Position numbers and translations under genes: made by a program. The notes under the pieces were generated by a model. The model was not told the DNA's origin, ran no database searches, and worked only from the letters and a program-made list of their open reading frames with translations. Of a DNA stretch of 64,000 bases, positions 30,949 to 39,809 are shown one piece after another; the stretch's first letter is position 1; every line of letters starts with the position of its first letter. The stretch is from NCBI GenBank assembly GCA_963833575.1, contig CAWHXY010000007.1:320001-384000 (forward strand). Direction: 5' to 3'. This DNA comes from Candidatus Bathyarchaeota archaeon (GTDB taxonomy: Archaea; Thermoproteota; Bathyarchaeia; Bathyarchaeales; Bathycorpusculaceae).

Positions 30949-31503
30949 ATGCCGAAAATACAGGTCGAGCTCATAGAAAACTTCCTTGTAGTATGGAATT
31001 CAACTGATGGCTCGCAACTCTACAAAGCAGGATATTATGGCAAACCGCTCGGTATTCCTAAACCAAAAATCCCCGAGTTCGATGCCCCCTTAATCTTAGA
31101 TTTGATGGAAGGTTTATACTTAGTTGAAAGTAAGAAAATTGAAATTTACGAAAATCCAGGCGAGACCAGGGTTAGCCTCAAAAAGCTTACGCAGAAAGCT
31201 AAACAGTTGTATGATGAATTTGAAGAAAAATACGCTGTTTACCATGACCTTAGAGACAGCGCCTTAATTGTTACTCCAGGAATAAAGTTTGGTTGCGACT
31301 TCGCAGTTTACAAGTACGGTCCAGGCGTTGAACATGCCCCTTACATGGTTTCGGTTAAGAAGTCAGGCTCGGACATTTCAGCTACCGAAATTGTTAAAGC
31401 TGGGCGTTTAGCCACAACAGTGCGGAAACGTTTTATTATTGCTGTGCCCGATTTGGCCTCAGAAAAAGTAAAATATTTGATTTTTAAGTGGTTTAAAGCC
31501 TAG
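30949..31503 (+). CDS. endA: tRNA splicing endonuclease, catalytic subunit
   Basis: GIKFGCDFAVY, EHAPY, GRLATTVRK (Tyr/His/Lys triad); YGKPLGIPKPK loop. Confidence 0.93.
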   Translation: MPKIQVELIENFLVVWNSTDGSQLYKAGYYGKPLGIPKPKIPEFDAPLILDLMEGLYLVESKKIEIYENPGETRVSLKKLTQKAKQLYDEFEEKYAVYHDLRDSALIVTPGIKFGCDFAVYKYGPGVEHAPYMVSVKKSGSDISATEIVKAGRLATTVRKRFIIAVPDLASEKVKYLIFKWFKA

Positions 31504-31504
31504 C

Positions 31505-32803
31505 TTAGTTTGCAATTATTGTTTGATTTTGGAATTCTCCTTGAATTGTCTGGTGTGGGTAGATTTTTGATGCAGCAAGTGAGCAGCCTTCTTCTATTTT
31601 AACATCGTCTGCGATTACCGAGATGGCAGTTATTTTTGTTGGTTTGCGTTGGCTTGAGTTGACTGCGACGTGTCTGCCGATTATGCTGTCGTACACTTCT
31701 GCGTTGTCTCCAATTATTACTCTGTCCATTACTGCAGAGTTTGTTACGACGGCGTTTTTGCCTATTCTCGTAAAATTGTCAATGCATGAATTTATTATTC
31801 TTGCGCCATCTTCTATTTGGCAGTGTCTGCCGATTAAGACATCGCCTTCTAAGGTGATTTTCTTTTGTTTCATTTTTTGGATGATTTCTTGGCGGCGTTT
31901 TTCAGAGTCTCCACTTTCGCCTTGTACCCAAATTTGATTTCCTTCTGATAGTTTTTCGCCGAAATCTTTAGGTATGCAGAAGTTGCCATGCAACAGGTTT
32001 TTCATGGCTTCTAAGTAGTTTTTAGGTGTGCCAACATCGAACCAGCTACCCTTTAATTTGTAGCCGTAAACTGGGCGTCCAGTTTGGATTACATATGGAA
32101 TGAAGTCGTAACCGAAATCTAGCCTGTTTTTTTCTTTAATTATTTGTTGGATGCCTTTTTCCTTGAAGATCTTTCTTATTTCAGGTGAAAGCACGTATAA
32201 GCCAGTATTTGCTAATTTGCTAGGTGCATCTTTTGGCAACGGTTTCTCAACAAATCGTTTTATGCATCCGTCTTTGCCGATGTCAGCTATCCCCAAGCCT
32301 TCGACGTTTTCAACTTCACGTAGCACGATAGTTAAAGCTGCACATTTTTCTTTGTGGAAATCGATAAGATTTTTTACTTTTATGTCAAATATGTTGTCGC
32401 CTTGAACTGCGAAAACTGGGTTGTTGAGTTCGTAGTACTCCATATTTATTCTTGCTGAATCAGCGCTTCCTAAATCCGCGACATTGGGTTGATATTTTAT
32501 GTGTATGCGTGGCTTGATGTTGTAGCGAGCTGAGAATCCGTAGCCTGATTCAAAGTAATCGTACAGGTCTCGGTAGTTGGTGTAGCCTTTTACTCCAAAA
32601 ATAAAGTTGCGTATGCCTTGACTGGCTAGCGAAAAAAGCGAGAACTCCACAAGCGGCCTGTTTAACATACGTAGGCAGGCTTTGCTTGTTTCAGCCGTCA
32701 AGGGCAAAAGACGTGTTGCTTTTCCGCCTACCGGAATTATTACTCTGATCTTTTCAGGCGAATAATTGTCTCCTACTAAAGGCGCATAATTATTGTAGCT
32801 CAA
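31505..32803 (-). CDS. Sugar-1-phosphate nucleotidyltransferase (GlgC/MPG1-like, LbH C-terminus)
   Basis: GGKATRLLPLT, QGDNI, FVEKP, WFDVGTP, hexapeptide repeats. Confidence 0.9.
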   Translation of the reverse strand: MSYNNYAPLVGDNYSPEKIRVIIPVGGKATRLLPLTAETSKACLRMLNRPLVEFSLFSLASQGIRNFIFGVKGYTNYRDLYDYFESGYGFSARYNIKPRIHIKYQPNVADLGSADSARINMEYYELNNPVFAVQGDNIFDIKVKNLIDFHKEKCAALTIVLREVENVEGLGIADIGKDGCIKRFVEKPLPKDAPSKLANTGLYVLSPEIRKIFKEKGIQQIIKEKNRLDFGYDFIPYVIQTGRPVYGYKLKGSWFDVGTPKNYLEAMKNLLHGNFCIPKDFGEKLSEGNQIWVQGESGDSEKRRQEIIQKMKQKKITLEGDVLIGRHCQIEDGARIINSCIDNFTRIGKNAVVTNSAVMDRVIIGDNAEVYDSIIGRHVAVNSSQRKPTKITAISVIADDVKIEEGCSLAASKIYPHQTIQGEFQNQTIIAN

Positions 32804-32943
32804 GATTCCACCAGGACTTATTCTTACAAAGATAGGTTATGCCAATCCTTTTAAACTGTTCTTACCCACGGGGCACCGCAAAACGTTTAATTTGCATTTT
32901 TTTAGCCCGAATTTTACGGAACTAGTTTCATGCTTGCTTCGTT

Positions 32944-33117
32944 ACTTGAGATTTTGTTTTTCACTGCACTTTTTTTTCTTTGTGTTTTGGGTCGATTTTT
33001 CTATTTAAGGCTTAGTTTAGCTGCAGGTTGCGTACAGATTCGGCTAGATTCGTACAGTTTCGTACAGAAAAGTAGAGAAAAGTAGGAAAAAGGTTAGAAA
33101 AGTTTGTAAAAGTTGAA
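32944..33117 (-). repeat. Dispersed intergenic element copy B: five NNNNNCTTTT decamers, an extra ctgtacgaaa unit, and core
   Basis: 32981-33054 identical (inverted) to 16484-16557; flanks homologous but diverged. Confidence 0.9.
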
Positions 33118-33147
33118 GTAAGGCTTGTGATTGGAATTTATGTTGAT

Positions 33148-34386
33148 TTAGAGCAGGGATTCGTAGATTTTGCTGGTTTCTTCAGCGACTTTTCTCCAAG
33201 TAAAATATTCCAGCACCCTTCGCCTGCCGTTTTCGCCCCAGTTTCTAGCACGCATCGGGTCACGTAACACTTCATTTATGCCCCATGCAATATCCGCTGG
33301 GTCTTCGCCGTTAATATGCACGCCATTCTGATCTGGACCGCCATTAATCACTTGCTCTTTGAAGCCAACCACTCCTCTTGCGCCAACTACCACAGGTTTC
33401 TCCATAGCCATAGCTTCTAAACTAACAATTCCAAAAGGCTCGTAAATTGATGGAAAAACACAAACATCAGAAGCGGCGTAATGGAGAATGCGTTCTTGTT
33501 CGGATACAAAGTCAAATCGATAAACAATTTTGTCTTTGACGTTTAACCGTTCAGCTGTTTCTTGAATGTGACCTTGTTCTTCACCTTTGCCTAAAATAAC
33601 CAATTTGGTATTAGGGTTCTCTTTTAAAATCAACGGCATTGCCTGCAACAAATTGTTTACGCCTTTTACCCAAGCAAGTCTCCCCACAAAAAGCAGCATG
33701 TTCCACCCGTCCGCAATGCCATATTTTTCTCTGATGGCAACTACGTCTTCTTTCTGAACTCTAACAGGATCATAAGCTTCAGGGTCCACACCGTTCCAGA
33801 CAACACTGATTTTTGCAGGTGGCCAGCCATGTTTTACAAGATCTTCCTGCATAGCGTAGCTCACAGTTATTATTTTATCTGAATTTTGACTCATAGCCCA
33901 CTCTAAATGAGACACTACTTCGGAGCCTGGCCCGCCGCTTCTTCCCCACTCGGTACTGTGCGTGTGGAAAACTACCGGTATCTTAGTTTCGTTTTTGATA
34001 ACTAAGCCAGCTATGCTGCTCAGCCAATCGTGGACACATACAATGTCAAAATTGTATTTTTCTTTTTTAATTAAGCCATTAATAAATTTTGTAGCGCTTA
34101 GGATGTTGTAGATGAAGATGTCGTTGAATAGTTTAATGTTGGTTCCCCATTTTTTCAGGTCATCAACCACGAAAAAAGGCCAGATATTGCTGGCATCAGC
34201 TATCTGGGGCCTATGCACTTCTACGCCTCGAAGGATTTCTCTTGTTTTCGATCCATTGTTATTAAGCGTAAAAACTGAAACGTCGTGTCCGATGTCAACG
34301 TATTCATGGGCGATGTATTCTGCGTAGGTACCTAAGCCACCAACGATTTCAGGAGGATATTCGTAAACGAAGAAGCCTATTCTCAA
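33148..34386 (-). CDS. Glycosyltransferase family 4 (glycogen-synthase-like)
   Basis: EYPPEIVGGLG, HDW, HSTEWGR, FVGRL..VKG, YEPFGIVSLEAM. Confidence 0.92.
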   Translation of the reverse strand: MRIGFFVYEYPPEIVGGLGTYAEYIAHEYVDIGHDVSVFTLNNNGSKTREILRGVEVHRPQIADASNIWPFFVVDDLKKWGTNIKLFNDIFIYNILSATKFINGLIKKEKYNFDIVCVHDWLSSIAGLVIKNETKIPVVFHTHSTEWGRSGGPGSEVVSHLEWAMSQNSDKIITVSYAMQEDLVKHGWPPAKISVVWNGVDPEAYDPVRVQKEDVVAIREKYGIADGWNMLLFVGRLAWVKGVNNLLQAMPLILKENPNTKLVILGKGEEQGHIQETAERLNVKDKIVYRFDFVSEQERILHYAASDVCVFPSIYEPFGIVSLEAMAMEKPVVVGARGVVGFKEQVINGGPDQNGVHINGEDPADIAWGINEVLRDPMRARNWGENGRRRVLEYFTWRKVAEETSKIYESLL

Positions 34387-34472
34387 TAGTATCACCCTAA
34401 AACTTGATTCTAACTATGGCTTGAATGCTATTTATACTTTAGATTGCGTCAAAAAGCTTGTAGTTAAAGTTC

Positions 34473-34581
34473 CAGAACCGCTTGACCCGGATATAGGAGA
34501 AAAGGGGGAAATGCAAAACCCCTTGAAGGTTATTGCGCGGGTCTAAGCTGGTTCTGAGCGGTGTGGCTATTCGCCGCCACA
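34473..34581. ncRNA. Candidate structured RNA between divergent GT4 and flavodoxin genes
   Basis: 17-bp stem cagaaccgcttgacccg / cgggtc-t-aagc-t-ggttctg, inner aagggg/cccctt, adjacent tgtggc/gccaca hairpin; GC-rich in an AT-rich spacer. Confidence 0.45.
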
Positions 34582-34685
34582 ATTGAAATGAGTGTATCTC
34601 GGGGATAATCGTTTGTATGTATTCTTAAGATATGCACATTTTGAAGCCAATTCTAAACTGTTTTATAATCCATTAAAATATTCAG

Positions 34686-35243
34686 TTGGCAGTGATGAGT
34701 TTGAAGTCAGCTATGATGATTTACTGGTCAAACACGGGAAACACCCAAAAAGTCGCATTTGCAATTAAAGAAGGCTTAGAAGAGGCAGGGTTAAAAGTAG
34801 ATTTGAAAAACCCGCACGAAGCCGCTGAAGTGGACTTTTTCGACTATGACTTAGTTTGTATCGGTTCTCCGTCAATCGAGTGGCAACCGGCAAAACCAAT
34901 AGCTGACCTGCTAAAGGCTAAACTGAATCTGCATCGAAGTCAAGGAAAAATCAAGCCCTGTGCACCCAAAGTGGAAGGAAAAAATGCGCTAATCTTCTGC
35001 ACTTACTCAGGACCACACACAGGCATTGATGAAGCAACTCCAGCCGGGAAAACAATGCGGCAGTACTTTGAGCATTTTGGCTTTAACGTGGTTGCTGAAT
35101 GGTATATCCCAAGCGAGTTTCATGGAAGAGAAGACTTAAGCACCCGAGGCAAGCTTGGCGACATTAGGGGAAAGCCTACAGCAAAAGATTTAGCCAAGAT
35201 CAAGAAGAAGACGCGTCAATTAGTAAAAGCATTTGGTGAATGA
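34686..35243 (+). CDS. Flavodoxin-like protein
   Basis: YWSNTGNTQKVA, IGSP, FCTYSG. Confidence 0.88.
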   Translation: MAVMSLKSAMMIYWSNTGNTQKVAFAIKEGLEEAGLKVDLKNPHEAAEVDFFDYDLVCIGSPSIEWQPAKPIADLLKAKLNLHRSQGKIKPCAPKVEGKNALIFCTYSGPHTGIDEATPAGKTMRQYFEHFGFNVVAEWYIPSEFHGREDLSTRGKLGDIRGKPTAKDLAKIKKKTRQLVKAFGE

Positions 35244-35523
35244 AATGAAAACTGTTAGTTTACCCGAAAAAATCAGTGACGAATTAGCTAAGACTGCTGA
35301 AGAGTTAACGTTGATGGCAAAAAAGCCAATTTCTCAATCCATGGCAATAAACCTTCTAATCGAAATCTACCATGCGCACCTCAATAACCCATGTGCACTT
35401 GATGCTTTTAGCCAGCAACTAAGAAGTCTAAACGTCATGACGCCAGAAGAATTTGACAAATATTGGGACGAACCCACAAAATCTCAGAAGGTAAAACCGA
35501 AAAAGAAAACGAAAGAAGCATGA
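35233..35523 (+). CDS. Hypothetical protein, possible ribbon-helix-helix
   Basis: MKTVSLPEKISDELAK N-terminus; overlaps upstream stop. Confidence 0.6.
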   Translation: MVNEMKTVSLPEKISDELAKTAEELTLMAKKPISQSMAINLLIEIYHAHLNNPCALDAFSQQLRSLNVMTPEEFDKYWDEPTKSQKVKPKKKTKEA

Positions 35524-35642
35524 GAGACGACATCCGCCGATTTGTTTGGCTCACGTACAAAATAAGTAACTTCGGAAAAACAAAAGACTAGCTAAACTTA
35601 TAAGAAAACTAATAATTCAAGCGAATTTTCCTTTTCAGCGAG

Positions 35643-36179
35643 TTAAATAATTGCCAAAGTTTTCTTTTTCAGTTCCTCAATCAAGGTATCACGGTTATCT
35701 AAGGTCACTGTAAATACTTCTGCGTCGTCCCTTTGTTTTACCTCGTATATCAGCGGATCTCTCGCTTTGGCGTGTACGACAGCTAGCACGAGTTTGCTGC
35801 TTTCTAATGCCTTTCTTACGGCTTGCTTGAATTTCTGGGAGAAAAGCTCCATAGGACCAATCTCATCAATGACAACAACCGCACATTTTTCAACGGCCTC
35901 TGTTATGGCATTTATACCGATATTTTCGAGATCTTCAAGGTTAACATGGTACTTTCCGATTTGCGGACCTTCTTTCTTTTTCACATGCGCTAGCCACCCG
36001 TGCTTGCCGTTGGTTAAATCTATGATTTCAAAGCCGACTCTCACATTGCCTTCCCGGACTTCTCGACTTATCATGCCGCCTACACTGACGCCCCTCGTTT
36101 TAAGCGCCTCCACCATCTTTATGAGCACTGTTGTTTTCCCAATACCCGGAGCACCTGTAAGTATCAAAACCCGCTTCAA
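35643..36179 (-). CDS. THEP1-family NTPase
   Basis: TGAPGIGKTT, RVGF, IGKYHV, IDEIGPMEL. Confidence 0.93.
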   Translation of the reverse strand: MKRVLILTGAPGIGKTTVLIKMVEALKTRGVSVGGMISREVREGNVRVGFEIIDLTNGKHGWLAHVKKKEGPQIGKYHVNLEDLENIGINAITEAVEKCAVVVIDEIGPMELFSQKFKQAVRKALESSKLVLAVVHAKARDPLIYEVKQRDDAEVFTVTLDNRDTLIEELKKKTLAII

Positions 36180-36258
36180 TCACTTCGCACCAGTTTTAAC
36201 CAGAAGTCTAATAGGCGATAAAATTCTTTTCATAAACAAACTTTGGAGCACTCACTGA

Positions 36259-37470
36259 ATGGTTGATGACGGATACAAAGCCGATTTTCCAAGCGAAATA
36301 ATCAAGGAAGGCAAAGTCCAAATCTTAGTGCCTAAACTTGAATCCTATGGGGTTATCCCATCTGATTATGCGCCTTCTCGAGCTCCAGTCTTCTATAATC
36401 CTGTCATGGAATTTAATCGAGACCTAACGGTTCTAGCGTTCCAGGCCTATCAACTCATAGTTAACCACGACATTTCGATCTGCGACCCCTTAACCAGCCA
36501 GGGTCTACGAGGCATTCGCTTCGCCGCAGAAATAGAAGGCGTAAAAAAAGTCTTAATAAGTGACATCAACGAGCATGCATACAAACTTGCCAAACATAAT
36601 GTGCTGCTTAACAGGTTAGAAGGCAAAATCGCAGTTAAACATAAGGATGCAAACGCTGTTTTGAGCTGCAACGCTTCTCCCAAGAAAAGATTCGACATTG
36701 TTGATATTGATCCGTTTGGCACACCCGCACCATTTTTAGATTCAGCTTTTCGAGCTATTCGCAATAATGGCTTAGTGGCGTCAACAGCAACCGACCTCGC
36801 TCCCCTTTGCGGAGTCCACGCTAAAGCGTGCGTTCGAAAATATGGCGGCAGACCTATGCGAACTGAATATTGCCATGAACTTGCGGTTAGGCTTTTAGCA
36901 GGCTGCACGACCACTTTAGCCGCCAAACATGACATCGGTATAAAAGTACTCTTTAGCCACAGCAGCGAACATTACATCAGACTATATACACAAATCGCAT
37001 ATGGCGCCAAAAAAGCAGATGAAAGCATCAAAACCCTCGGTTATATCCTTCATTGCTATAATTGCCTTCATCGGGAAACCACTCATCAACCCTTCAGTAA
37101 CCTGCAATGTCCTGAGTGTGGTACTAAAATGGATTACTCAGGTCCCCTGTGGCTTGGGAACCTACTCGATTCAGACTTCATTGACTTAATGATAATAGAA
37201 AATAAGTCAGTGGCTTTCAAAAACAGCGCAAGAATCACAAAACTTCTCAGCCAAACTAAAGACGAAGCTTCAGCACCCCTAACTTACTATGTTGTTGACA
37301 AGATAAGCAGAAAACTTGGTTTACCCTCGCCTTCGATGCAAGCCTTCATTGACTCCATTCGCAAAAACTGTTTCCAAGCAGTGCCAACACATTTTAACCC
37401 CAGAGGAATCAAAACAAACGCGTCAGCCTTAAAAATGCAGAAACTTCTCAGGGACTTAACGATCGCTTAA
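36259..37470 (+). CDS. trm1: tRNA (guanine26-N2)-dimethyltransferase
   Basis: PVFYNPVMEFNRD, GLRGIR, DIDPFGTP, TATD, zinc finger, GPLWLG. Confidence 0.95.
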   Translation: MVDDGYKADFPSEIIKEGKVQILVPKLESYGVIPSDYAPSRAPVFYNPVMEFNRDLTVLAFQAYQLIVNHDISICDPLTSQGLRGIRFAAEIEGVKKVLISDINEHAYKLAKHNVLLNRLEGKIAVKHKDANAVLSCNASPKKRFDIVDIDPFGTPAPFLDSAFRAIRNNGLVASTATDLAPLCGVHAKACVRKYGGRPMRTEYCHELAVRLLAGCTTTLAAKHDIGIKVLFSHSSEHYIRLYTQIAYGAKKADESIKTLGYILHCYNCLHRETTHQPFSNLQCPECGTKMDYSGPLWLGNLLDSDFIDLMIIENKSVAFKNSARITKLLSQTKDEASAPLTYYVVDKISRKLGLPSPSMQAFIDSIRKNCFQAVPTHFNPRGIKTNASALKMQKLLRDLTIA

Positions 37471-37635
37471 CAGAGGAAAATGTACCAAAGAGATCTTTTG
37501 GATTTTCATCTTCAGTGGAGTCTTAATGAGGGTTGTTGGAGTAATTTTGAGGACTGCTTCCTACTTAAGAAGTCGGGAGTTGTCAACAAAAGTTTAAAGA
37601 GCAAAAACAACAGTCCTTAAAGCTAGTGAACAGTT

Positions 37636-38442
37636 ATGAACGACAAAATAACGGTAATCGGCGCTGGCATGATGGGCGGTGCCATAATCAAGAGCCTAAT
37701 CAAAGGAGGATATAAAGGCAAAATAACGGCAGTTGACATCGAAGTTGAAAAGCTCAAGGAATTCGAAGACATTGGGGTAAAGACGACATCTGACAACAAA
37801 AAAGCTGCCAGTGACGCAGACATCGTTTTCATCATCGTTAAGCCAGGTGATGTGGAAAAGGTTCTCAAAGAAATCAGCAAGGAAATTAAGGAAAAACTGT
37901 TGGTTTCTGTTGCTGCGACTGTGCCGTTGAGCTTTTTGAAGAAAAATGCGCCTGATGCAAAGATAGTGCGTATAATGCCTAACCTTGGCGCTTTGGTGCA
38001 AGCAGCTTACACTGCTTATGTTTGCGACACAAACGTTAACGCTGAGGATAAGGATAAAGTTAAAGCAATTTTGAATATGATGGGCATCTCTGAGGAAATG
38101 GACGAGAAATACATGGATGCAATTACCGCAGTAAGCGGCAGTGGGCCAGGTTACATGTCAATAATTATAGAGGCTTTAACGTATGCAGGCTTGAAAGTTG
38201 GGTTACCCCGTAACATAGCGTTAAAGTGTGCAGCACAAACCGTAATGGGCACAGGAAAGCTCGTTCTTGACTTGCCTGAGGACCCCGCGAAAATCAGGGA
38301 CATGACCACAACTCCGGGCGGAACAACTATCGAAGCCATATACCAGATTGAGCAAAGCCAAATCAGACCGGCAATGATACGTGCAATCGAGGAAGCCACA
38401 AAGAAAAGCCAAGCCATCAGAGAAAAACTAAACCTAACATAG
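37636..38442 (+). CDS. proC: Pyrroline-5-carboxylate reductase
   Basis: IGAGMMG, RIMPN, TAVSGSGPGY, TTPGGTT. Confidence 0.96.
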   Translation: MNDKITVIGAGMMGGAIIKSLIKGGYKGKITAVDIEVEKLKEFEDIGVKTTSDNKKAASDADIVFIIVKPGDVEKVLKEISKEIKEKLLVSVAATVPLSFLKKNAPDAKIVRIMPNLGALVQAAYTAYVCDTNVNAEDKDKVKAILNMMGISEEMDEKYMDAITAVSGSGPGYMSIIIEALTYAGLKVGLPRNIALKCAAQTVMGTGKLVLDLPEDPAKIRDMTTTPGGTTIEAIYQIEQSQIRPAMIRAIEEATKKSQAIREKLNLT

Positions 38443-38446
38443 CAGA

Positions 38447-39109
38447 TTGGCCATGTTTAGCACTGCTATTTTCTATTGGGATGGCACATTAGCTGACACA
38501 CGACAAGCAATTGTTATCTCATTTCAAAAAACCCTAACCGAAATCAATTGTGAAGTAAGCGACGAATATATTGAACGGCGAATCGGAATTGGCGCATCAG
38601 AAACTTTTCGAGATGTGCTGCGAACAGCTAAAGTGCCTTTTGAGGAAGGACTAATTCAGCAGTTGGTTAAACGCAAGAGCCAGCTTGAAATCGAATTATC
38701 AAATCAAGTGAAACTTTTTCCAGGCGCAAGAGAATTACTTGAATCTTTGTGTGGCAAAGTCAAAATGGGATTAGCATCAATGAATAACCGTTCAGTGATT
38801 GCTCATATGGTAAATGCAATCGGCCTGGAAAAGTATTTTGAAGTTATCTTAACTGCTGAATCAATTTTACATTCAAAACCCGATCCAGAAATTTTTCTGA
38901 AAACCGCATCTAACCTAAAGACAAGTCCTGAAAAATGTGTAGTTTTTGAGGATTCGATTTTTGGTGTTAAAGCTGCCAAATCTGCTCAAACGGGCTGTGT
39001 CGCTGTCACCACAGGCGTTTACTCTCGAGAGGAACTTGAAGTGGAAAAGCCTGATTTAGTTGTTAAGACGTTGAGTGATAGTCGAATTCTGTCGTTTATT
39101 TTGCGGTAA
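38447..39109 (+). CDS. HAD-superfamily phosphatase-like protein
   Basis: KPDPEIF, FEDSIFG; motif I reads FYWDGTL, with the nucleophile Asp replaced by Tyr. Confidence 0.85.
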   Translation: MAMFSTAIFYWDGTLADTRQAIVISFQKTLTEINCEVSDEYIERRIGIGASETFRDVLRTAKVPFEEGLIQQLVKRKSQLEIELSNQVKLFPGARELLESLCGKVKMGLASMNNRSVIAHMVNAIGLEKYFEVILTAESILHSKPDPEIFLKTASNLKTSPEKCVVFEDSIFGVKAAKSAQTGCVAVTTGVYSREELEVEKPDLVVKTLSDSRILSFILR

Positions 39110-39204
39110 TCTGATCTTGTGATTGGGTGTTGACAGTCACATAGCTTTAAGAATTTTTTCAATTAATAATATCTTATTCTCAAACTGTAGGAAAGGACAA
39201 TATT

Positions 39205-39477
39205 TTGCGAAATCTGGTTTTAAACAAAAAATTGAAGTTTCCTGTTTTTCAGGTTCTATTGCTAGATAATAATGCTGGAGAAGACGTTGAAGTTCAAGAA
39301 GCAACACAGCTAAACTTTCTCAAGGTTAAAGAGCACCTCAGAAACGGTGGATCAGTCTTCATAACAAGCAAAGACACACAAAAAACAGTTTATCCTAAAA
39401 CCAAAGCTCAGCAGAACTACAACAGATCAAGAAGAATCTATGGAGCCCTCTTCCGACAGCAGCGGAGAACCCCCTAA
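39205..39477 (+). CDS. Hypothetical protein
   Basis: TTG start after GGAAAGGA; 'HLRNGGSVFITS'. Confidence 0.65.
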   Translation: MRNLVLNKKLKFPVFQVLLLDNNAGEDVEVQEATQLNFLKVKEHLRNGGSVFITSKDTQKTVYPKTKAQQNYNRSRRIYGALFRQQRRTP

Positions 39478-39599
39478 ACATGTGACGTGCATCCTCAAAG
39501 TTTTCCTTTACCCCTCTCTCTTCCTTAAGTTTTTGGGTGCACGCCACTCCCACTAACAAGATTTAAAATTAAAAGAATTGTTTTGAAAGAACAACAACA

Positions 39600-39690
39600 G
39601 CTGAGGATACATTTTTTGAACTCTTTGTTTTGGGTTGCTTTGTTGATTTAGGGTTTGAAAAGATATTCGTTAAGATTTTAGTTTAAATTT
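39600..39690 (-). repeat. Dispersed intergenic element, subtype 2, copy D
   Basis: Reverse complement aatttaaactaaaatcttaacgaatatcttttcaaaccctaaatcaacaaagcaacccaaaaca matches copy E and the 3' core of copies A-C. Confidence 0.65.
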
Positions 39691-39809
39691 CTATCAATAA
39701 TAAGTGCTAAAACATACTCTTTTTAATTCAAATCTGAGAACACAAGAATTAGATTATGGGCAGCAGTTACAGTTGTTTGTTTTGAGCTATTTTTCACTTC
39801 ATTGATGAT

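Noticed and set aside
34462-34505. FMN riboswitch upstream of flavodoxin (gttaaagt...ccggat...ggagaa resembles its 3' end)
   Set aside because: The 5' conserved AGGGCGGGGTGAAATTCCC block is absent and the spacing is wrong
34560-34582. HDV-like ribozyme (minus-strand GGCGAAT)
   Set aside because: No room for the P1/P3 nested pseudoknot; the motif sits in a simple hairpin loop
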